From Chiloscyllium plagiosum (taxonomy: Eukaryota), in contig NC_057750.1 in NCBI RefSeq assembly GCF_004010195.1, positions 20,215,964 through 20,279,963 of the forward strand: a stretch of 64,000 nucleotides of DNA, in the 5' to 3' direction. A program made the translations under genes and the position numbers. The number at the start of each line of letters is the position of its first letter. Within the stretch, counting starts at the first letter, position 1. Below the pieces are notes generated by a model. It was not told the origin of the DNA. It ran no database searches and was given only the letters and a program-made list of their open reading frames with translations. Shown piece after piece: positions 12,100 to 22,227 of the stretch.

Positions 12100-12320
12100 G
12101 TTATTACATACTTTTGGAGTAGGTGGGACTTGAACTCAAACTTCCTGGTACTGGAGGAAGGGGTAAGTACACAAACATTTCACTACAGGAGGGCCTCTGG
12201 ATCTGCTTGACCCTATTTTTCAAATCATATTATTACATACCTCTGGAACAGGTGGCACTTGACCCCAGGTCTCCTGATCAGGTATAGGGACAATACCACT
12301 GTGACACAAGAAGGCCCCCC
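12100..12320 (-). mobile_element. Two tandem degenerate tRNA-like SINE heads
   Basis: Imperfect direct repeat (TATTACATAC...AGGTGG.ACTTGA.C). The minus strand gives A-box-like CACAGTGG and B-box-like GTTCAAGTCC. Confidence 0.5.
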
Positions 12321-13309
12321 TTTTTTGGTTTACAAATACTAACCATCACAAGTAAATCATCTGTATAAACAAATGAATATCTCCTGGCAAAGCCCATGAG
12401 TCTGATTCTTTATAAAGGGCTTAGGTGATGAGTTCAAGCTTGGCAACCTGTTATTGAGGGAACTTGTACTCGACGAGCTCCATGAGGAGATTAATTAGTG
12501 ATTTGCCACGACACTTGTAGAGGTTGTCACAGTTACACGCGCAACATTGATGAGGTTAGATCTGGATTGCTGATTTCAACAGAGTTAATCAGGAAATATT
12601 CCAGGCCTGAACAATGCAAGAACTTCCTTGTTGATTTTCAGGTAGAGTCATGCAGTCATAATGAGACAGTGATAGAGTCTGTTTGAACCTTTGAGTCTGA
12701 AGTAACTCTTTGTAGAATCATGTAACCCATGACCTTGTTCTTTTTCCATGGCTCTGTCATTTATTCATCACATGTGCCAGTCAGATTTCCTTTTGAAATG
12801 TTTGATCGGGTCCACTTTCACGATCCTCGGGGGCACTATGTTTCAGTCTTAGCCTCGTGATGAAAGTTGTTCCGATGTGCAACTATATCTCTTAAGTAAA
12901 ACCTAAAACCTGTGCTTCCAGTCCTCACATGATCAGCAAACAACCTTCCTTTGCCTTTTATCACAAAGAGGACATTGTGGTGGAAGGGAGTGAAGTTACA
13001 TTATGGGATTGCACTTTCTCTCCTAAGCCTGAGACAGGGATTTACTGAGTGATGTAACATTTTTCCCTTTTTTCCGGTCCTTTATTTGAAAAGGTTGAGA
13101 CATGTTCCCAAACATTGTCAATCTTATAATTAAAGAATCGTAAAACCCTTTTAAGATTGAAGGTGGAACTTACAAACAAACCTTTTAAAAAGTGGGGGAG
13201 TTGCTTTCCTACTGATGCACTTTTGTGTTTGTGTTAAAGGTAATGTAAGGAATTGAAATGGCTCTTGAGAAAAAGGTGCATGCAGTGAAGTGGTTTTGAC
13301 CCTAAAACA

Positions 13310-14215
13310 GAGAAACAGAAGTAAGCTATTTGGCTCAGTGAGCCTGCTGTGCCATTCAGTAGGATCGTGGCTGATCCAACATTGCTAACGTTCACTTTTT
13401 TTACCCTTTCCTGCAACCCTTTATTTCCCTATTTGTCAAGAATCTTTATCTCAGCCTTAAACACATACAAGAACTCTGACCCACAGCTCTCTGTGGCAAG
13501 GAGATGCAAAGTCACTCATCCCTGTGAGAGCAGAAATTCCATCTCATCTTCATCTTAAATTGGCACCCCTTTATTCTGAGATTGTACCTTCTGGTCCTCT
13601 CCCAGGAGAGGAAACATCCTCTCAGCATTTACCCTGTTCAGCCCCTTTAAGAATCCTGTATGACTAAAAAAGATCATCTCTCATTCTTCTAAACTTCAGT
13701 GAGTAGACTTCCAACCTGCTTAACTTACAATCCCTCGATACCAGGATCATCTTAGTGGATCCTCTGAACCACCTCCAATGATGAAGGGGACCAAAACTGT
13801 TTATTACAGATGTGGTCTCACTAGCACCTTGTACAATTACAATAAGACTTCCTACTCTAATACGCCAACCTCCTTGAAATAAGGGCCAACATTCCATTGT
13901 CCTTGCTAATTATCTGCTGCTCTTTTGTGCTAGCTTTATATGTTTCATGCACAAAATCTCACCAAGTGCCTTTGTATTGGAGCTTTTAGCAGTTTCTCTC
14001 CATTTAAATAATATTCTGTTCTTTTGTTCTCCTTTCCAAAATGAGCCATTTTGCATTTTCTCACCTGGTACTCCATTTGTCAACTTTTTTGCCACTTAAT
14101 CGATCAAGATTTCTCGGTAAACTGCTTGTATCCGTCTCACAACCTGCCTTTCCACCTATTTTTGTGTCATCTGCACATTTGGCTCTAGTGCGTGCACTCT
14201 CTTCCTCCAAGTTGT
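13310..14215 (-). mobile_element. Old CR1 ORF2 3' fragment
   Basis: Minus-strand LEVYSLKFRRMRDDL and FADDTKIGG (TTTGTGTCATCTGCA) motifs. Confidence 0.8.
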
Positions 14216-14779
14216 TGGGGGAGGTTTAATGGTGACATTTTCTGACCAGCAATGATGGTTACAGAGTTACAGTGGTGAACTCTCTGATAAGTATGGAGGA
14301 GTATAGGGAATGAAAAGAGTATGACGGAACACTTTGGGTTGATGTGGGTGAGTGTACTTCTGACAACACTGGAAACTTGACAGCAGGCAGGACGAGATGG
14401 TCCACTTGAATGTCAACCCCTGGCATTTCATGTAGTAGACTGAGCTGTGACCCCCTCGAATGTTAAGGGCAAATGAGGAGTGAGAACACAACCAGTACCA
14501 CTGCAAGTTGTGCACCATTCTGATTTGAAACTACATTGCTGTTGTTCCATCAAATTCTTGGAAATTTGTTAAAGTGCTGTTGGTGTACTTAGGCCACGTG
14601 GACTGCAGTGGTTTCAAGAAGCTGGTCTACAATAGGATGCACAACAAAAGCAGGCTCGTAACTGAAGAACAAATAAAAGGAAGAGGCTCCTTTAGTTTCC
14701 CTAACTTGTGCTCGGCCTGGTCTGCACTATTTTATGGTGTAGTGATTGGAACCAGGACCAGATGGATCTCATTGACCAT

Positions 14780-15362
14780 TGTTATGAAGATGTGGGTGTG
14801 CTATACCTTTAAGAGAGTAAAAGCTAGCAGTTACAGCACAAAGTGTTCTCAAAAAGACACAATGTAATGTGTGCTCCAGCCATGACAAAAATGATTTGAA
14901 TTTGGCCAATCAATTTAAATTATACCCTGAAAACATACCAAATTCTAATCAAGTTTGAATTTGTATATTGGCAGTCTTAAAAGCCAATGACACAATCTGA
15001 TGCTTTGGGGTAGAAGACCAGGGAAAATTGAACAGTTGGGAAGAGAACTGCCATCAGACCAAGAGCTGTAGACTGCTAGTCAGGACTCTTTGAGAGATAC
15101 CTGTATAGAGAAGGAGTTTACACAGAGTGAAACCTCAAGACTGACCTGGAGAGCCAATCTACCTACAGAAGTAAAGAGAAGATTCGGCTGTTGGCTGGTT
15201 TTAAAATTTGAATTTTCCTGTAAGTCTTAATTGGGAGTTTTTATTGGACTAGTATTATAGAAGGGAAGGTAAAGATAGGTTAGAAAAAGTAGTTGTAAAT
15301 AGTTGTGAGTTAGTTATTCTGTTATACTTTAAGAAATAAAGTTGTTAATTTTTACTTTAAAT
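14780..15362 (+). mobile_element. Truncated LTR-like sequence
   Basis: Starts TGTTATG and contains CCAAT boxes and AATAAA (about 15334). Cut by a CR1 fragment; 3' CA end not seen. Confidence 0.45.
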
Positions 15363-15524
15363 AATTAAAGTTTCTCCTCAACTCCATTTCAAATTTGCTA
15401 CCCCTCATCCTAAGATTATGACCTCTTGTCCTAGAATGCCCCCCCCCCCCCTCCAAGAGGAAACATCCACTGTATGTCTTTTTTATCCATATCTTTTATC
15501 ATCTTTGGATATGAACATATGAAT

Positions 15525-15914
15525 TAAATTTAGTAAGTTTGCAGATGACACCAAAATTGGAGATTTATGTGGTTATCTTAAAGAAGAATGGGATCTTGAT
15601 CAAATGAGCCAATGGGCTGAGGAGTGGCAGATGGAGTTTAATTTAGATAAATGTGAGGTGCTGCATTGGAAAAGCAAATCAGAGCAGGACTTAATGGTAA
15701 CATCCTAGGGAGTGTTGCTGAACAAAGAGAACTTGGAGTGCAGGTTCATAGTTCCTTGCAAGTAGAGTTGCAGGTAGATAAGAGAGTGAAGAAGGTGTTT
15801 TGTATGCTTATCTTTATTGGTAAGAGCATTGAGTACAGGAGTTGGGAGGTCATGTTGCAGCTGTATAGGACATTGGTTAGACCACTTTTGGAATATTGTG
15901 TGCATCTCTGGTCT
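15525..15914 (+). mobile_element. CR1 RT fragment abutting the ERV leader
   Basis: KFADDTKIG, WQMEFNLDKCEVLH, LYRTLVRPLLEYCV. Confidence 0.88.
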
Positions 15915-16299
15915 GTGAGTATCCTGTCAGTCTGTAGTAGAATGACAGAGCTTGAATAGTGATGGGTGGCTGAGAGAGGAAAGAGTCCCACTGGTAGAGA
16001 GCACGCGGACGAGAGGTAGGTTTCTGGGCCTATCTGGACGTGTTGGGTCGGTAGATGAGGCCAGGAGGGTCGAGGAGTCCTGGTAGAGAGCACATCCTAT
16101 TGAGCCAGCGTTCCTAGCCGACCGGTAGGTACCAACTAGTAGTGGTGACCGGGAGGGTAGAGAAGTCCCACCAGTAGAGTGCACACCTTGCTAGGAGGCT
16201 GCTACGGCCGTACGGATGGTGCTGGGACAGTATTATTGGCCAGGGGCCAGAGAGGTCCCCACTGGTGAGGAACACTTTACTGTTGGTGGTATCTGGGGG

Positions 16300-17654
16300 T
16301 ACACAATCTGCTAAATGGCAGATCAGTTTTACTGCAGATTCCCTTATTGAGAAATACAAGGCAGACAGACAATAGTTGACAGCAAGTGAAGAAAAGTAGT
16401 TGGGGATGCATCCCAGACATTAGCACAACAGAGCGAGATGATAGATAAACAGAAACGGAATAAAACTAAAAAGGTATGGGTACTGTTAGTGTTCCAATCA
16501 TCAGGCCTAATTGAACAAATGAGTGCCTCCACGAGTAGATGGAGAAAGGACCAGCAACAAGTTAAAGAGCTGGAGGATAGAATACAAAAGTTGGAGTAGG
16601 AATTAAGAAGGGTACACAAAAATTCAGACGTGGATTCGCTTCCTACTTACGAGACCGTCCAGCAGGGACCAACTGCATCCTCTGTTGGACAAACTATGCA
16701 AGAGTTACTAGAGGAGGAACGGACTTACAGCCCAAAGCAAATTATAAGCCCTTCACCCCAGGGGAGAGACAGCAAATTATGGCCTCTTTGGGCAAGTTAC
16801 AGCTCCAGAGCACAAACATCAGATTCTGGGAAGAGCTGGAAAGTGTATGGGTAGGGCACCAACTACACTTGAGAGACGTACACCAGCTGATCCGGGCAGC
16901 TTGCCCAGCAGACAAGTGGAGTCAGGTAGCTGGCAGACCTGATGCCACAGCAGCCCGAAACTTTAGGGGAGGACGGTGGACACATGCCATCGCGCTTACA
17001 GCTGAGATAGATGCCCAGCAGGCCCCCTTCACCGACTTTAAAGAGGAAATCCAGAGGGTGCCAAGAAATGCTCCCACGAACTGGAGCAAGATCACAACCA
17101 CTAAGCAACTTAAAGAGGAAGGAGCCTCTGAGTATAGGGAATGATTACTGAGGGGCTGTCGGGAATGCTCAGGACAAGTGAACCCAGATCGGGGGGACTG
17201 GGCATTCATCCAAGCTTTTAGAGATGGACTCTCTAGTGCTCACCAACCCATCCTGAAAATGGGAGTAATAATGTCCCAGGATTCTGATGATCTAGTTGAG
17301 CAGGCTAGCGGGGTGCAGGAGGCAGAAACACCTGCAATAAAGGCATGACCTGACAAAGCAGTCTACCGGAATGAAGGCAAGAGTAGAATAAAACTATCCT
17401 GCCACAACTGTGGCCGACAGGGACACTAGACTCAAGAATGTAAGGCCCCATGAGCTAGGGATAGAGGAGGGAACAATGTAAAATACTGCAGCCACTGCAA
17501 CAGAATAGGACACGTAGAAGTAGTGTGCTGGGAAAAGCATGGGGCACCCCCAAACACCACCCGGAGCTTCGCAGAACCGCTGGAGTCCTGAAGTCAGCAG
17601 AGTTGACAACCAGCTGTCCCCTTTCATGAGGATAAGGGAGAGGGGAGAATTTAC
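16300..17654 (+). pseudogene. gag: ERV gag remnant with two zinc knuckles (5' boundary uncertain)
   Basis: CHNCGRQGH*TQEC (17400-17441) and CSHCNRIGHVEVVC (from 17487), both CX2CX4HX4C and in the same frame as pro. Multiple stops. Confidence 0.8.
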
Positions 17655-17940
17655 ATGCCCGCAGTAGTAGGAAGGAGGAAACGTGAAATGCTAGTAGACA
17701 CAGGAGCAACTGTATCCATCACAAACTTATCCTTACCCCACACAAATAAAATTATTCTCTTAACCGGGGTAGGAGGGGATAACACACCAGCTTATCTCAG
17801 TAAGACTGCCCTCATAGAAATAAGCAATACATATATCCCCATGAAATTCTATGTCTGCCAAAATAACGAGGGCACCATAATGGGTAATGATCTCATGTAA
17901 GACTCTAATGCTCTAATCAACTGCGAAAGGGAAATTGACT
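17655..17940 (+). pseudogene. pro: ERV aspartic protease remnant
   Basis: MLVDTGATVS...LTGVGG...TIMGNDLM (DTG active site, flap, IMG-D motif). Confidence 0.9.
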
Positions 17941-17999
17941 TGGCCCAGACAGGACGGTCAAAAGACCAAGATTGGGATACTTACAAGTCACCTTGAAAC

Positions 18000-18781
18000 T
18001 ATTAACGTGGCTACAGTCACCTCGAAAAGGGGGGATTCAGAGCCATCTGCACCTCCGTCCCCGGAGCATGGGCAGAAACAAAATAAGATACAGGTCTAGT
18101 TAACATAGACCCTATAAGGGTTCCCGGACCGGAGCATAAGCCCCACCGGCAATACCCAATAAAACCCGAATCAGAAAAAACTGTTGTGGAGATAGTGCAA
18201 GGACTAGTGAAACAGGGAATCCTGAAAGAAACCACAAGTACAACTAATTCCTCAACTTGGACAGGACTACATAAAGTCACACCCCAAATTGCATCCCATT
18301 GTAGCAGACCCCTCCACCATTTTAAGCGGCTTGTCCCCCGAACACAAGATATTTGCTCTTTTACACATAGCCAATGAGTTCTGGTCTATCCCGTTACACT
18401 CTGAGTCCCAGAATAAATTTGCTTTTACAATAAGGGACAGGCAGTACACGTAGACTTGCCTACCACAAGGGTTCCACAACAGGCCCACTATTTTTCACGG
18501 GGTGATGAGCGACATTCTGAAGAGAATAGATTTAGCAGAGGGTAGCACTGCCCTCCAACATGTAGATGATATCCTAATTGCCTCAAAATCCGAGTCAGGA
18601 CACCAGGAAGCTTTATGTCTAGTATTATGGAATTAGCAACTGAAGGTTTAAAAGTTAGCCCCGCAAAGGCACAAATTGGCAAAACACAAGTCTTATACCA
18701 GGGACACTTTATATCTCAGAGGCTCAAAGAAATGCCCAACGACTGAAAGAAGGCAATCCAGCAGATGCCATGACCTGCCAC
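18000..18781 (+). pseudogene. pol: ERV reverse transcriptase, 5' part
   Basis: PHRQYPIKPE, LHIANEFWSIPL, FAFT...LPQGFHN.PTIF, and QHVDDILIAS (YxDD position). Frameshifted. Confidence 0.9.
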
Positions 18782-20423
18782 GCAAATGCGAGGTCTTGCA
18801 CTTTGGAAAAAAGAATATAGGCATGGACTATTTTCTAAATGGTGAGAAAATTCATAAAGCCAAAGTACAAAGGGATCTGGGAGTGCTAGTCCAGGATTCT
18901 CTAAAGGTTGACTTGCAGGTTAAGTCTGTGGTTAAAAAAGCAAATGTAATGTTGTCATTTATCTCAAGAGGGTTAAAATATAAAAGCAGCCTGTGCTACT
19001 GAGACTTTATAAAGCTCTAGTTAGGCTCCATTTAGAATACTGTGTCCAATTTTGGGCCCCACACCGCAGGAAGGACATCCTGGCATTGGAGCGTGCCCTG
19101 TGTAGAGTCACACTGATGATCCCTGGAATGGCAGGCCTAACATACGATGAACGGCTGAGGATCCTGGGATTGTATTCATTAGAGTTTAGAAGGTTATGGG
19201 GAGATCTATAGAAACTTACAAAATAATAAATAAAATAAAATGAAATGAGAATGTTATCATCATGGCATTGCTTGACCAGCCAGCAAGAGGTTGACTGAAT
19301 GATTTTGGTAAGTGTTAGTGAAGGGCAGCAAAGGGTTTGCACAGACTCAAGTGGATAATATTCCATTACACCCATAATTTGTACTCCGTAGTTAACAAAG
19401 TAAACAGCAATAGATCATGCAAAACTACATTTGCATTGTGCTGTGAAAATGAGAAAAAGCAGTCTTGAACATATTACAGGCTATTTGACCACAATCAACC
19501 CTTTTGTTTCAAGTTTGGACTTGTGATGCTGTCACTTCCTGGGCACTTACCTAGTGTATACTATATTACAAGGTGGTGTGGGGACTGTAAAAATTGATAA
19601 CGCTACACGTACTCAGGTCTGATATTTATGAATAGTTGCGGGTTTCAGATCAGTGATCTTTCGTATTCACTTCAGACTTGACCATATGAAATCAGGTCAG
19701 CTCTTTGCAGCAATCCCCCAGTCATGAAACAATGTCTGATACATAGTATCACTGAGAATGTTGAACAACAGCTCTATTAGCCTTCTCAAGAGGCCATAGA
19801 AACTCCCTAAAGTTTTTTTGAAAAACCGAGAAGACTTTTCAAAAACGTCTCTGGAGTTCTCTTATTCCTCAGGTCAAATTAAGCAAATAAAAATGTTGTT
19901 TATAAGGAGACCTTTATATCAATGTGCTAGAAAAATTGTACAAAAGTATTTAATGTAGTAATGAGCATGACTTATTAACTTGAGAGTTGAGTAATACTTT
20001 AACCACGTAGTTTTGTTATGTCTCTTCCCCTTCTGTCATTGTCTATATTCTACGGCAGCTGGAATATTAAGTTCTATTGAGAATCGCTTTACCGTTTTTC
20101 ATGTCCCTTCTTTGCTTGTTTAAACATGGAGACTCTGAGTACTGGCTCAAGTCCATAAGAAATCTGATGTCTTCTAAAAGAAGTAGTTAGCGCTTGTTAA
20201 GTTGATATTGAAGTAATCACTATACTCTGAAGCCACTTGATATTGTAAATTGTCTGGAAAGAAAGCCCTTTTCTGTTGGTTATGATCCAGTGTTGACATC
20301 AATTATTATGCAGTGTCCTTATGTCCCCATTGAAGTTGACACACAAAGTATTGTTTCCATTAATTAATCACTGACAAACTGATTATATCTGTTTTTCTTC
20401 AGCTTTGGTTCTTTTGATTAAAG

Positions 20424-20635
20424 GAGAAAGTGAGGACTGCAGATGCTGGAGATCAGAGCTGAAAATGTGTTGCTGGAAAAGCGCAGCAGGTCAGGCAGCA
20501 TCCAGGGAACAGGAGAATCGACGTTTCGGGCATAAGCCCTTCTTCAGGAAGAAGGGCTTATTCCCGAAACGTCGATTCTCCTGTTCCCTGGATGCTGCCT
20601 GACCTGCTGCGCTTTTCCAGCAACACATTTTCAGC
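20424..20635. mobile_element. Palindromic Penelope-like terminal mini-element
   Basis: Arms of about 89 bp (20457-20545 and 20548-20636) are inverted. 15-bp TSD TTCTTTTGATTAAAG at 20409-20423 and 20636-20650. Confidence 0.85.
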
Positions 20636-20745
20636 TTCTTTTGATTAAAGTCAAAGTGGGCTAGATTTTGGGGGAGCAGTACATTGAATGGTGTGCTCTT
20701 TAGCTTAGTTCTTTTAGCCGAGAAGTTGCTAGGATAAGATTCCTA

Positions 20746-22024
20746 ATTCAGTAAGGCATTTGATAAGGTTCCCCATGGTCGGCTGATGGAGAAAGTAAAG
20801 TTACATGGGGTCCAGGGTGTACTGGCGAGATGGATAAAGCACTGGCTAGGCAACAAGAGGCAGACTAGTAGTGGAAGGGAGTTTCTCAAAATGGAGAACT
20901 GTGACCAGTGGTGTTCCACAGGGATCCATGCTGGGACCACTGTTGTATACACAAATGATCTGGAGGAAGGTAAAGATGGCCCGATTAGTAAATTTGCAGT
21001 TGATGCTAAGATTGGTGGAGTAGCAGATAGTGAAGGGGATTGTCAGAGAATACAGCAGAATGTAGATAAATTGAAGAGTTGGACGGCAAAATAGCAAATG
21101 GAGTTCGATCTGTGCAAATGCAAGGTGATAAGTTTTAGAAGAGCCAATTCAAGAGCAAACTACGTGGTAAATGGAAAAGCCCTAGGGAAGTTTGATGTAC
21201 CGAAGAATCTGGGTGGTCAGGTCCATTGTTCCCTGAAGGTGGCAACACAGGTTAATAGAGTGGTCGGGGTATTGAGTACAAGAGTTGGCAGGTCATGTTT
21301 CAGGAGAAAGTGAGGACTGTAGATGCTGGAGATCAAAGTCGACAGTGGGGTCCTGGAAAAGCACAGCAGATTAGGCAACATCCGAGGAGTATGAGAATCA
21401 ACATTTGAGGCATAAGCTCTTCATCAGGAATGACAGGTCATGTTACAGTTGTATAGAACTTTGGTTCAGCCACATTTGGAATATTCCATACAGTTCTGGT
21501 CGCCACATTACCAAAAGGATGTGGACGCTTTGGAGAGGGTGCAGAGGAGGTTCACCAAGGTGTTTCCTGGTATGGAGGACGCTAGTCAAGAAGAGAGGTT
21601 GAGTAGATTAGAATAATTTTCATTATACGGAGATCGAGGGGGGACCTGATTGAGATCTACAAAATCATGAGAGGTATAGACAGGGTGGATAGCAAGAAGC
21701 TTTTTCCCAGAGTGGGGGCCTCAGTTACGAGGTGACATGAGTTCAAGGTGAGAGGGGAAACGTTTAAAGGAGATATGCTTGGAAGGTTCTTTATGCAGAG
21801 GGTGGTGGGCACCTGGAACATGCTACCAGCAGAAGTGGTAGAGGTGACCACAACTGTATCATTTAAGATGTATCTGGACAGATACATGAATGGGCACGGA
21901 GCAGAGGGATACAGATCCTTAGGAAATAGACAGCAGATTTAGATAGTGGATCTGGATTGCACAGGCTTGGAGGGCCAAAGGGCCTGTTCCTGTGCTGTAA
22001 TTTTCTTTGTCCTTTATGTTCTTT
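20746..22024 (+). mobile_element. CR1 RT to 3' end fragment
   Basis: [44 protein letters not shown], with a TTCT-rich tail. Confidence 0.9.
21300..21433 (-). mobile_element. Penelope-like terminal fragment inside CR1
   Basis: Same terminus as 20424. 11-bp TSD CAGGTCATGTT at 21289-21299 and 21434-21444. Confidence 0.8.
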
Positions 22025-22227
22025 TGATAACCACTCAAGTGAGAGCCAAAAGACAATTGGGAACTGCTCAACATCAGGATTAATAGTCTTATCACAAACC
22101 ATGAAAATTATGAATTGTGAAGGAAATGAAGCAATGAAGAAGAACAAAGACAAATTGAAATAAAATGGGGGAGAATAAATGTGAGGATGGGAGGTGAAGA
22201 GACAGCAAAAATTCCTAGTCTTTAAGT

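Noticed and set aside
14780..15362. 5' LTR of the ERV
   Set aside because: No visible similarity to the 3' LTR at 28616-29282, no PBS after it, and it is separated from the leader by CR1 fragments.
15983..16275. CRISPR-like repeat-spacer pattern
   Set aside because: Only four degenerate motifs, inside a retroviral leader, with no cas genes.
19500..19900. Coding exon within the captured block
   Set aside because: Splice-like signals are present, but the frames I translated contain stops and resemble no protein I recognise.
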